64,000 nt of DNA, from assembly GCA_040437565.1 (NCBI GenBank), contig JBDOQK010000017.1:310001-374000 (forward strand), in the 5' to 3' direction. Shown piece by piece: positions 1 through 12,064 of this stretch; within the stretch, counting starts at the first letter, position 1; every line of letters begins with the position of its first letter. The notes below the pieces were generated by a model, which ran no database searches, was not told the origin of the DNA, and worked only from the letters and a program-made list of their open reading frames with translations. The stretch is from Albugo candida (Eukaryota). A program made the translations under genes and the position numbers.

Positions 1-1553
1 ATAGCAACAATGCCATTTCAAGTTCGACCGATCATCCATTCTCTTCTACAGTATGTATTTAGCTGGTTGTTTTTGAGTCCTATAGATTTATACTTGAATG
101 AAAGGTAGTGCTGTAGGGTATAGAGTGATCCTGCAAATAACATTCTCAGAGCACGAGCATCGGTCATAACGGGGCCTAAAGCGCGATACAGGGATTAACT
201 TGAAGAAAAACGTCGTGAGCAACGCGGTACTTGATACGAGACGAAGAGAAGGATTGGTCGAATATCTACGTTTATTAAACACCATAAGAACACGACCTGG
301 TTTCCCGTGTTTGCAAGACGTTTACATCGGGTGAGAAGCTCACAGTTCGGAGGTTGGAAAGCTTTCGTACAAGGGCTCGATGTCGCACCGCAGTTTCTGA
401 GTGATGTCGCATGAAGAAAACCAGTATTCGTTTGATCGGTTGCCGTATAAAACAAAAAGATGATCATTGCGCCATATAAAATGTTGGAGGAAACCATCGC
501 TGCTTGACTGTAGCTGGTAAATGTCAAACTGCACTGACTTTTGAAATTGAAAAATGAGATATTCAGGTACAGTGGAATACCAGCCAGGCAATGAAATATC
601 AGAATCTCTATAAATACAGTAATCAGATCAGTATCATCGAACCCAATTGTATGGAGTGGGTTGAATATTACCAACATTTCTACTTCCCATTCACCTGACT
701 TTTTTCGCCGCTTTTACTTTTCCTCTTGACTTTTCTTGTCGCTGTTCCCATTTCATCTGATCTTCCGATTCGCCTTTCCCTACCCATCTGACTTTCCTTG
801 TCGCCTTTATCTTTCCACTTGACTTTTCATGCCATTTTTCTTTCTCACAGCAAGAGAGGGTGTTCCTAGAACAATTACTTCAATATTTCATCTCCTTATA
901 GGTTGATGCCTTTACAATAACCTAAGTACCGATGTCAAGTCATGTACGCCTTCGAGTATTTTCCATGCGCGACGGATTTTCTGTTAGCTCGATCACGAAT
1001 AGTATTCGTCCTATCAATGTCCGATATTATTGAGCAAATGCTCCGATCAAAGTATTCGCTGCTATTGATCTTCACTTCGAAGGCTCTAACAAGATAGGCC
1101 AAGATTCTGTTCCGATCGGATCTTCATATGCAAACGTTCAAATGGCTCAAGTCGGCAAATACAAAGCTCAAATTGTTTTCATGAAAGGTCCCATCCGTTT
1201 GAATGACGCGAAGAAGAAAGAAGCTAACCAGAATCACACTGTAAGCTCTCAGAGCCGATCATATTATCATTTCTGGGGAATGCTTTCTCGAGTGCTTCCG
1301 GTATTTGTCGTGTGCGCATTGTCAAAAAGATGCAAACATGAGATATCCGAACCTCACAAGATACGGCGCTCTTCATAGCCTATGAAAATCAGAAATACCA
1401 GTCACGTCGTCCGTGCCATCAGAAACATCGTAAAGAAACGATCAAGGTACATCGGGAGGTACTTCGGGATATTGAGGTAGCTTAATCAACTACACATACA
1501 TGTCGGAATGTAAGCTAGCCGTTTATAGACCGTGAAGAGTACATGGCGCGTGG

Positions 1554-1640
1554 TGGGGTCCGCCCCAGCTCAGTCGGTTAAGTACTTGAGCGCACGGACC
1601 CCCTGCCGGAGGTCGTTAGTTCGATCCCCGGCAGTGTGGT
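1554..1640 (+). mobile_element. tRNA-like head (Pol III A/B boxes) of a probable SINE-like insertion
   Basis: AGCTCAGTCGG (A box) and AGTTCGATCCC (B box), with hairpins GGGGTCC/GGACCCC and CTGCCGG/CCGGCAG. No proper cloverleaf. It begins just after the similarity to the 12.6-kb paralogue stops (~1523). Confidence 0.45.
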
Positions 1641-1780
1641 CAGCGGTTTGAGCTCACCCAAGCAATAAGCCTTGGAAAATATCTGCCTCCCTAGGTTTGA
1701 AGTCAGACTTAAGTGAGATTCAAACGGTCAGGGGCACATGATAGGAAGGAAGGTAGTTAAAGAACTAGATAAACAGTGTA

Positions 1781-2236
1781 ATGAAATCCTTGACAAAGTA
1801 CATGGAGCGTGGTTATTTAGAGCCTCAAGAACGAATCGATATATTACAAAACTGCGGAATCGAGATTGGTGTTCTGGAGGCTCTATGTTTCGACGATGAT
1901 TGGAGCCCGGAGAATGTGGATTCTGTTTATCAACAGGAACTCGCGGATATACCGCTACTCGAATATGATGAAGCTGCCAGCTCGGAAGATTTTGAAAATG
2001 ATTCCCGAGAAGAATTGTCCCATGACTCGTTAGACGAATGGACGCATGAAGTGGTGTCAACTTCAGAAAAGAAATCGACGCATGAATCGACGCATGAATT
2101 GGGAAATGAATTAGAGAATGAATTGAACGATCGATGTCGACCCGATATGAGAATTCTGGCTCGCATACCACCACACATGAAACCTCCGATAGATATATGG
2201 AATCCTCGTGTCATGATTATGGCATTCGTTGTGTGA
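1781..2236 (+). CDS. Acidic 151-aa ORF of unknown function inside the inserted segment (possible TE remnant)
   Basis: ATG-initiated open frame with short internal 12-bp repeats (~2076-2127); no recognisable domain. Confidence 0.3.
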   Translation: MKSLTKYMERGYLEPQERIDILQNCGIEIGVLEALCFDDDWSPENVDSVYQQELADIPLLEYDEAASSEDFENDSREELSHDSLDEWTHEVVSTSEKKSTHESTHELGNELENELNDRCRPDMRILARIPPHMKPPIDIWNPRVMIMAFVV

Positions 2237-2968
2237 ATCCATGGTATAGTTCTTACAACCTTTCTGTAGAAACAGATTTGTTGCTTTTAAATGGATAATT
2301 ATATTATGTATAGTGTATTACAACTAAAGCAGAAGGGTGTACAATTGCTCATTAAACGCTACCAAAGCATACCTAACGTGACCTCTCAAATATAAGACGA
2401 AGCTGAACGAAAGCAGTCAAAGGATGCGTACCATCATTCCAGTCAAATGGCAACTCGTAGCTTCGAAAAATAACTCTGTCGTGTTTACATCCTTTTATTT
2501 CTATTCGTGTGACGCTTAAATCGAAGAGTAGGAGCTTATTCATTCAAATTGTTGAAAACAGGAGCTTCGATGTATACACAGAGACTCGTCGACATCTTAA
2601 GTGTCATGAAACGCTGCATGAGGTAGTAAAGATGAGATAGCGGTATATGATTGCATAACTTGACGCATAGAATGAGGATAGGCTATGCGTCGATCTGTAA
2701 CTTGGATATTTTGACGTCCTTTCTATGGATTGTCAGTTCTTCATACCTTCTGAGTAAAAATGTTGCCACCTGATACAGCTTATGGGATTCTATCCTGTGA
2801 ATGAGCGACAAATACGCGGAATGAAGCGAATAACTTCTATGCTGTGCTATTCAAAAAGTTGATTATTAAGGACTATAACAAGGTCGTATCGAATATCATG
2901 CGACAAACGAAGTGGGAGTGTTACTCAGTATTTTGAGAGTGACGAGAGAGACTGAAGTAGAACGCCAC

Positions 2969-3826
2969 TTCTCATTTTGCCGGCTACTACGCAACCCGCC
3001 AAGTTAATACAAAACAACTCGAAAAACTACCTTTTCCAACTCTTTCCTTTCGAAAACAATGGTCCAAGTCGACATATCGACACAACCAAGGGTGCTAGCG
3101 TCCACTTGTAGTGACTTGGCAACCATCATGAGTCACCCTGTTTTGAGTGATTGCATGATTGTTGATGAGTCATCACCCCTGTGTGATGACGTGGAAAGTA
3201 CCCCAACCCCCTGTGTGACGGTACATGTTAATACCGGTACTACCGGTGTAGGATGTGGTACCGGTGGTACATGCGGTACTGTCGTTGCCTCGTCACAGGG
3301 TGACCAACAGGCAACTGCAACTGCAAGTGTGGACGACACCANNNNNNNNNNNNNNNNNNNNNNNNNNNNNNNNNNNNNNNNNNNNNNNNNNNNNNNNNNN
3401 NNNNNNNNNNNNNNNNNNNNNNNNNNNNNNNNNNNNNNNNNTGGATTTTTCAGAAGCCGAAGATCATTACTGCGGGTACGGCACAGACAAGTCAAAATGC
3501 AAGTGCAACTCAGATCCTAGTCCTAGTTGGCTGGTTCTGCTCACCGTAGTGTGGCGCACATCAATTTGCAAACAACGGTACTTTTGGACCATTTTTACAA
3601 CTTTACAACTCTACAACTTTACAACTTTACAGCATTTACAAGCTGGACACAGTTTCGTATTAAGAGTGCTGAGGCTACTACGATACGAGATTATCAACGA
3701 GAAGACATCTGATCAGCTCTCACAGGTATTTCACGAAATCTTTTTTATATGTAGATATGTTATTTAAGATAGCCTAGGCAACTAGAGAAGTCAGTTTGTC
3801 TAATTCTAGGAATATAGACACCTTCA
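2969..3826 (+). mobile_element. Insertion bounded by 18-bp direct repeats; probable non-LTR retrotransposon whose middle is hidden by an N gap
   Basis: ACTGAAGTAGAACGCCAC occurs at 2951-2968 and 3827-3844. An ORF starts at 3059 (MVQVDIST...). After the gap there is a Trp-containing tail loosely like an L1 ORF2 end and TTTACAAC repeats. The paralogous locus at 41857 has only one copy of the motif. Confidence 0.6.
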
Positions 3827-5484
3827 ACTGAAGTAGAACGCCACCAGTGGTCTTTTAATGATGATTTTAGACCAGCACTTTGGGTATCATGGAAATACCA
3901 TGACTTTATGGACCTCAGAGAAATCGGTAATCATGTGCGCTTGAACATCGAGTTGATGTGTAGCTGGTGGTCCTTGTTTCAAATGATATAGTATATGGTA
4001 GCCTATTACACCAAAAAGGCGACACTGAAAGCAACATGTAATGTCAAGTTTGACTATCTATCTGTTTTCTTGAAACATGTATCATGCTGGTTGAGACAAA
4101 GTGCTAAGGATGCATGCATGAATAACCCGTCGCCTTTCGGATATAGAGAATCTACAAATGACGTTCTCAGAGTAGCGCATCGGTGGTGAACGGTATCTGA
4201 AATCAGTGCCGAGATTGATTCGAAGACAATCACAGTGCGAAATGTGGTACACTTCAGACGGGGGGAGAACGGAACAGAATTAGACGTTTAACACTTTGCG
4301 AAGAATGATCTGTATTGCACGACACCAAACAAACGACCTAATGGATTAAAAGTGGGGATTGTGGGATGATCGGTAAGATGGGGGGCCTGGCATGCGTTTA
4401 CAATATTCATAGATAGAACAGGGCGCAGTGGGGGATTGGCAACCCCAGTACAACCTCCCGGTTTGTTCGAGCAGGCAACGGGAGGTTTATTCATACACTT
4501 GGAATCATAATTTTGGACATTAACCATAAAGAGAATGATTCAGAAAAATAGTGAGTCAAACGATACCATTATTTAATGCTTGGATCTGGTATATCAAAAA
4601 GGGATTGATGTAAGAAATGGACGACTATCGCCAGAGACGTTTTGACTGTTGGGTTGGAGGGAAATTGGGAAGTAAGTGTATCAGAGTCCTTAGTTGTTGT
4701 TACTATCTTACGTACTAGACTTTACGGAGTTACTACCAGATTTACTCTTGATTGGCGGAATTAGGATGCGCTGTCTTTACATTGTTTCTTGACCTCGAAT
4801 ATCTACATCCGATTGGCAGAACGAATTTTCGATCATATGATTGGCAGATGTCATCGCAACAACAACCAGAGACAAAACACCTCCAATTGGCTAATTTGTG
4901 TTAATAATTATGATTGGTCGATAAGGTGGCTATATTACTACTTTACCGTGACACACATTATAGTTACATGCTACAGTTTGTTGCATTTTTATTTGAAATT
5001 CAAATACATCATGCCTAAAAATATCATTACTCCCACAATTTTTTTCAAAAATAAAAAAATAATTAAGCTTACATTGCTAGTTGATTACATCCAGACACAC
5101 CTAAATTGTTGCTCTCCCAACTTCAGTCAATATGTTAAGGGTATTGATACCCCGCACATTTTTTTTAATTATGTATTATTTTTTTGAATTCAATTCACAT
5201 CATGCCTACTTAAATCGTTACTCCCACAACTTCTTAAAAATAAATAATTCTACATGTCTAACTAGGGAACCGTTAGTTAGTCCCCACCTTTTCTGTAATT
5301 ACCCATCAGCCTCTATAAATTAAAAATACATCAATTCGTTCAAACAAATATAACAGAATGAATAAAATTAGATTACGGGAATCGTTATTTAGCCCCCACC
5401 TTTCATACATTAATGGAAATCGTGGCCTCTGGTTGGTCTGAATAGATGCGACTGAGTAAATAAATACAATAAGGGGTTTACTAT

Positions 5485-6538
5485 TGCCACAGATGTTCCT
5501 TTAATTAACTATTTTGTTTAACATTAATATGATTGGTCGATAAGGTAGCTATATTACTGCTTCAACGTAAGATATATTATACAATGCAATGTTCTCCCGA
5601 TCGGAAATGTGATACACAAACAAAAGTCGATGACTGCTCATAAAATACGATCCTGAACCTAAAGTGAGAATAAATCATGGTCTGATTATTGTTCTCTGCA
5701 CCTTTGGTTCGGATCTTTTTGAAAAAAGTGCGATTGAAACTTCTTTGAAGTTGTGCATTTAATGCTGCATGCCTTCTAATTGCTTAGCTAACTCTGCGGC
5801 AGCACATTTCAGAATCATTAAAATAAAACTCACCTGCTGCCGCTCATATGATAGACATGGGCTGTTTACACATCGTTCTCCGACAGGCAAGGTCAAGCAG
5901 TATATCAAAAATCGCGAGAAATTTGATCGGAATAGGCACATGCGCATCGAGAAAGGTTATGATCCCATTTCCGCAGAAAGTCGAGAAACTAGAACAGTAT
6001 TTGTGTGTAGTTTCGTAATCGACGTATAAGCACGACGACGAAATAAAAATTTCCAAAGTTCTTTTCATCTTTCCCTCACGGTACTTGTTCGCTACCGGTC
6101 TCGCACTTATATTTAGCTTTAGATGGAATTTACCACCTACTTTGCGCTGGTGCGAGGGGCCGAATGAAGAATACGTGGTAGTGCATCTCTAAACGACATG
6201 AAAATTGAGTTCACGAACGCAAATTTCCCACTCTCTTCTCTACACAAACTTTTACACATGCGAATTTGAAGACTGAAGCTGCGAGAGCTTATTGATTTCA
6301 ATTAGCGACCAGATTTCTGATGGCGCTTCATCGGGAAGCATGTTGGGCGCGATTCTTAGGGTATTTTAATATTTACGTGAGCATATCCAGCGCCAGAATT
6401 ATTCTATTAGTTCTGAAAATGTAAAATGGAGAAAGATCATGTTATATCTTACGTTGAAGCGGTGATATATCTACCTTATCGATCAATCATATTAATGTGA
6501 CACAAATTATGCAATTAGAGGTGGTTGGTCTGTGGCAT
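5485..6538. repeat. Inner ~100-bp inverted-repeat pair (5485-5582 and 6440-6538) enclosing captured sequence; third direct copy at ~4865-4962
   Basis: TTAATATGATTGGTCGATAAGGTAG...CTTCAACGTAAGATATA at ~5524-5577, with its near reverse complement at ~6443-6497. Confidence 0.75.
6054..6149 (-). rRNA. Isolated ~95-bp fragment of eukaryotic 28S (LSU) rRNA, non-functional
   Basis: The reverse complement reads GGTGGTAAATTCCATCTAAAGCTAAATAT...GCGAACAAGTACCGTGAGGGAAAGATGAAAAGAACTTTG, the conserved core between D1 and D2. Confidence 0.92.
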
Positions 6539-9500
6539 TAGCCAAAACGTCTGTCGCAACAGTCACACCCATACAAAATAAAATCACATTTTATCTCCTG
6601 TAGTAACTACAATGAAAAGCCTGGCACCATTACCCCAGCTTGCCTACGCTTCCATAAAAACAGGCGAAACCAGCAAATGATGATCATGTACTACTACAAG
6701 GCTATATTGTTTTTATCAAACGCACAAATAAGATAGGCAATAAGTAGATGGAGAAGTGAAAGCTTTCATTTTAGCCTACTCCCAATCAAATCCCCTAGTA
6801 ATGGGGTGGGTACTCGCCAACGTGTCCTCTAGCCGCAGCACTGAGTGCCTGTTTGAGGCCAGCATACGGGAGCAAAAGTCTGTTCAATGTCAAGTGCAAG
6901 CTGACAATGGAGAACACAATCATGCTCTCTTTGCTCACTAGTCGGCGCATCCAACAAGGCGCTTTAACAAAGAAAAGCCGGCAATCAATATTGATGATGG
7001 GTCGTTCTGGCGTGACACCTGGCTGTATTCTCATTTCACTGCGTCAAAACAACAATGCTATGGCCACAGCTCAAGATATCTACAACTTGCGTCGTGTAGA
7101 GCGCAACAGGATGCTTGCAGGACGATCTCCACTGGTATCTTTATCAGATGGTCTTTCTACCGGTGACTACTTCTCTCAGTTTTATGATCTGCAGCGTCTA
7201 ACCTACCTGATGATTATCTCACCTTTTGCTAAGGAGATTTTCAACAAGTACAGTGCTGGTCGTGGCTGGCTTATTGACCCTACCTACAAACCCAGCAGAT
7301 ATGAACCCCTCTCCTCCTTATTATTGACATCACAGCAACAAATAGAACTTTCACACTACCGTACTGCTTTATGAAGAAAGAGACTTGGGAAGACTACTTA
7401 TGGACAATGCGCCATTAAAGAAATTTTCGAGAGTAATGTACTACAGAATGCAGCACTCACCTTTGTCACTGATCGAGAGCTTGCGCTGATGAGCACGCTT
7501 TCAGAGACGTTTTCTAATGCATCTTAATTGCTTCGCCGCTGGCATATCAGCAAGAACCCTCTAGCTGAGCAAAGGACAGCATTTCAAACATGAGAAGCCT
7601 GACAAGAATGTAAGGAAGCCTACTACCAACTTGTTGCCACCACAGCCATTGCAGGTTTTCAGACCCTACTTCCAAAAATGCATACCATCTTCCCTGCGGC
7701 TTCGATGAGCTACCTTGATACATCTTGGCTGGCTTAAAAGGAGCGCTTTGTTGATGCTTTCCTGCACAATGAGCGACATTATGGGCATGTACCAACATCC
7801 CGGGTGGAGAGTGCCCATGCTGCCCTCAAGAAATGGAGCTCTGTATAATCAGGTAAATTGTATTGTATGATTATTATGCTGGCAACGGTCATATCTATCT
7901 GCAATTTCATTCATTTCAAATGATCTACTCTCAGTGGATTCAGCAGTTCGCCTTACCTTTAAAGGCCAGCTTGCTGCCATTGTGCAGCAAAACGCAAAGC
8001 AGTGGGCTACAGTCACGATACAGCTTGGTTCGATGTTCTGATGATGAGGAGTATTTCAGTAGTAGGTCTGCGCTCAGCTCATCCACAGTACCAGCAGCAG
8101 CTTAGTGATGAGCGAGATTTCAAGGTTTGTAGGCTGCGACTAATTGCAAGTAATCGCTACATGTGCCATTAACTGCAACTACCTGCAACTCAATTTACCT
8201 GTAGGCCTGGCGACATCTAAATTGGGCTTACCTTGCTCCCATCCTTTTCGTCACCAAGGAATGACTGTTCATGATTTTGATCAGCATTTTGGGTGTGCTA
8301 CAGCCAATGCTAATTCATATTGAGGCTAGAACCATGCCAACTGGAATCAAGTAAGCATTGAATAGGAATACTGATGGGTATGAGGAAGCTTCCAATCATC
8401 GTAAGCGTGTGCTGCTTGACTATATCTTGGCATTCCAGATACAGAAATTCGCGATCCCGTGCAAGTGCGCACGCGTGGTTGGCCATCGAGCTCAACGCAG
8501 CAACTTCCATTGAGGTTTAAGCATGTTACTGCTACTCTGAATGCTCCTGTTTATCACCGAAGATGTCGTAAATGCCAAAAGACAGGCCACAATGCCAGAA
8601 GCTGTCGTCTAGAAGCAACATAAGCACGAATAGCACTAACAACACCAGCAACACCTGCAGCAGTAGATTTGGATATAGACTTAGATTAAGTCGTACAAAA
8701 TTGCAGAAATCGAAGTTTTTTTTTATTCATTGTGTTTATTCCGTTGCATCTATTCAGACCAATCAGAGGCCACGATTTCCATCAATCTATGAAAGGGTGG
8801 AGCTAGATAACGATTTTCGTAGTTCAATTTAATTTATTCTGTTATGTTTGTTTAACCCAACCAGATGCCACGATTGCCACTAATTTAAAAAGGCTGAAGG
8901 CGGATTACTGAAAAGTTGGGGACTGGATAACGATTCCCTTCTAACTATCAGAAGTCTAATTCCAGTAGTATATATAGATACCTTAAATTGAGCTAAACAC
9001 TCGTTATCAATAGACGATTCATCGTCAAATTGTTGAGCTATAATGCGTCATAATGAGACAACAATTATTATACACCAACGTCGAGAATAAAATGAACTAC
9101 AAAAACAACTACGTAAAAGAAAAATATCTACTTAATTACTAAAGCTTGTTTTGGATCTGAGCTAGCCAAACGGTGCGTTCCTCACAGTTGGAGAGGTACT
9201 GCCAAATTGCATGTAGCTGAGGTAATTTTGCACCAGTCTGCAGTTGAACAGCTTGCCAATGCTTACTTTTTACATTCAAAAGTTTTATCTTTTTCCATTT
9301 GCGGTGTGGTATATGGCATAAAGGAAGTTCCAGATCCATCTTTAATCACATTTATCAATGACCTTGAATATCACGTAGTTGGAAGGATAGCGCACTCAGT
9401 AGAAGCAAACCAGTTGGTTATAACATGTCAATTCTGATTACTTTTTACATTGTGATAGTGCGTATAGCATAGTATATTAGTCGTGATTACTTATGCGTTG

Positions 9501-10197
9501 TCATAGAACGTACGCATAGATAATATCTATGAAAGGAGGAATGATATAATTGGAGCTTATAGAATCTCCAACCGATATTGATCAGAGAACCAGTTGGCCT
9601 TTTCATAGATCGACCTTCGAAAAAAAATCATGCTCCAAAGCCATTTGATCGTGAGGAGCGCAATATGAAATTTCCGGACCATACTGGTGAAAACACTTCC
9701 TTCCAAGTTCATCTCTTGTATCCGATGGAGATATTTTGCACAATGACATAGAGAATAAAGTTGCAAGGATAGCTTTCATGTGATAGGCAGTGGGTTTCAT
9801 TGGCTGACGATTCCAGCAATTTTAAATACGCCCAAATCATAGCGTATTCCACCACCACTTGCATAATACAGACCACCTCTACTTCTGGTCTCTTTGTCAA
9901 TTTTCATCATCAATTCGACGTGTTCGCGTTTTGCGCCGCAAATCGTATAAATGGTCGGTGCAGTTCCCAGATGTAAAAAAACACACAGCGCATCATACAA
10001 GCACAGCGAACCAAGACAACACCATTGTAATGTCATCCGATAGACCAAAAATAAAGGTGTCGTTGACGAATTGGCCTTGATTCGGAGCGAAAGTAATAAT
10101 TGCCGTAAATTCTCCATGATCATTCAAGTATCATCATCACATTTATACATCCAGTAAAAATCCCTCTCATCAATTTCGCGCAGCATTTATGTTTAGG

Positions 10198-11950
10198 GAG
10201 CTGCTATCCGGACACTCCCCTTTTGCTAACAGGACCCCCCCCCGTCTCCTCACATATGTTTTATATATTTATTAACCTCCTCTCTTATTTAAGTTAACAA
10301 AAAGAATACAATTTATTGCGCGGCACATCCTGAACGGGATACCCCTTGAACCGCCCTCTGAACCCCAATACAAAACATATGTGCTACTTGACCACGGCCT
10401 CTTCTCCACGTTAACGTCTTCCTTCTCTACTAACGAAGGCACATTAAGGCTCTCAAGCTGCCACTTTCTCGTCACGCTGTCCAACTTACTTTTGCTTATG
10501 GAAGACCCGCCCAGTGCATGCTATACTTCTTTAAAAAAGAAGAGGACGCGGTCAAAGCCTTTGCATGCAGAACGGGTTAGCCGTAAACGATGCGCGATCA
10601 AAGACAAACAAGGCAGACACGGAAATAAGGAAGGTATGGTTGAAATGTGCACATGCCCGATTACACAAAGTTGAAGGGAGCGGCCTTCGTCGGACTTCAA
10701 CAATAAAAACTAATTGTAAGTGGCAAGCTGTCATCCAGAGAACAATAAGCGCAGATGAATGCACTCATGTCTGGAATTTTGAAGTCCTGTTTATGATTCT
10801 ATCAGCTGCACACCACTCCCCAATAACTCGTTATTTGTTTGCAATACCTTAACTCCGCAAGTCGCTGAATGCATCAAGCAGACCGATGGCAGTAAACAAA
10901 TAGCTCGAATAACAACGGGCAAGTACCCATCAAGAGAAATTGCAACTGTTTTAAGGCAGGTACCGGCCGGAGCCCTCAAGTTGCGTTCATAACAGANNNN
11001 NNNNNNNNNNNNNNNNNNNNNNNNNNNNNNNNNNNNNNNNNNNNNNNNNNNNNNNNNNNNNNNNNNNNNNNNNNNNNNNNNNNNNNNNNNNNNNNNATTA
11101 CACAAAGTTGAAGGGAGCGGCCTTCGTCGGACTTCAACAATAAAAACTAATTGTAAGTGGCAAGCTGTCATCCAGAGAACAATAAGCGCAGATGAATGCA
11201 CTCATGTCTGGAATTTTGAAGTCCTGTTTATGATTCTATCAGCTGCACACCACTCCCCAATAACTCGTTATTTGTTTGCAATACCTTAACTCCGCAAGTC
11301 GCTGAATGCATCAAGCAGACCGATGGCAGTAAACAAATAGCTCGAATAACAACGGGCAAGTACCCACCAAGAGAAATTGCAACTGTTTTAAGGCAGGTAC
11401 CGGCCGGAGCCCTCAAGTTGCGTTCATAACAGAGGACATCAGCAAACAAAAGCTTCTATTCGAAAGCATCACCTTGCAGGCTGAGTATACGCAAGCTCCT
11501 ATGTCAGAGAAGCCGCCCAAGGTCGTGCTATCGAAGGAGCTTCCCCGCTTACCCAAGAACTCCGCGCGGAAATTTTGGCGCAGCTGGGAGCCATAAAATG
11601 CAAATGAGTAGATAGGTATGAGTAGGTGAGGACTAGGAGTGTACAGGCTATGAAGAATTTCATCTGTCGCTCTTTTTTCATCAAATCTTTCTCATTCATT
11701 ACACACCCTTTCAAACCAATCAGTCAATCAACGATAGATTCAGCAGTCATAGCATTTCATTAATTAAATCATCCGTCGATCGGAATTCCTGTCATCGCAC
11801 CTCTTTTTATCAAAACTGAAACGCCAAACTCAGCACATAAACAAACCAAAACATCACGAGGTATTCACTCATTTTTGATTATGGAGGGGGTGTTTCTCAA
11901 AATATATAAACATGTGTGAGGAGACGGGGAGAGTGTCCGGATAGCAGCTC
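10198..11950 (+). mobile_element. Internally deleted MULE/FAR1-type element with TIRs
   Basis: GAGCTGCTATCCGGACACTC at 10198 and its reverse complement ending at 11950. FAR1-like remnant KVWLKC...RRTSTIKTNCKWQA at 10565-10852. No clear TSD. Confidence 0.75.
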
Positions 11951-12064
11951 ACTATATTTTTATTTTGAAGTTGTGGTATTCTTAATTCAAGTAGGCATGA
12001 TTGAAAAAATATAATTAAGAAAGATGTGGGGTGTCAAAAAAAATTGGGGGCATCGATACCCAAT

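Larger units (their letters stand above)
900..4569 (-). pseudogene. Decayed secreted-protein (effector-like) gene, copy A, interrupted by two insertions
   Basis: ATG at 4569 reads MVSFDSLFF*IILFMVNVQNYDSKC (signal-like, with a premature stop). Nucleotide similarity: ~1020-1523 to ~12165-12628, ~2430-2900 to ~14020-14455, ~2905-2968 plus 3827-4450 to ~41820-42400. Many stops. The 3' limit is uncertain. Confidence 0.5.
5265..8938 (+). mobile_element. Mutator-like (MULE) DNA transposon with ~200-bp TIRs, 9-bp TSD and a decayed transposase
   Basis: Inverted termini 5265-~5470 and ~8727-8938 (e.g. ATGGAAATCGTGGCCTCTG). Flanks GTCTAACTA (5256-5264) and TTCTAACTA (8939-8947). Frameshifted motifs at ~6800-8300: FVTDRELALM, RRWHI, SRVESAHAALKKW and SWIM-like GLPCSH. 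Confidence 0.88.
5139..12060. mobile_element. Possible outer TIR element (GGGTATTGAT... terminus family) hosting the two nested MULEs
   Basis: 5139-5217 resembles the reverse complement of 11984-12060 (GGGTATYGAT..CCCC, TCATGCCTACTT). A similar terminus occurs at 58331. No TSD was found, so pairing of the two ends is unproven. Confidence 0.45.

Noticed and set aside
690-845. Degenerate short repeats (also 3592-3640 and 20018-20071) as a CRISPR-like array
   Set aside because: No constant repeat with unique spacers; eukaryotic context; these are low-complexity or tandem repeats.
1554-1640. Functional tRNA gene
   Set aside because: A and B boxes are present but I could not form acceptor and anticodon stems.
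6054-6149. rDNA locus
   Set aside because: Only ~95 bp match; the flanks are not rRNA.
9100-10150. Decayed minus-strand coding remnant, possibly Crinkler-like cargo
   Set aside because: No LFLAK/HVLV or other diagnostic motif recognisable; it cannot be assigned without a search.
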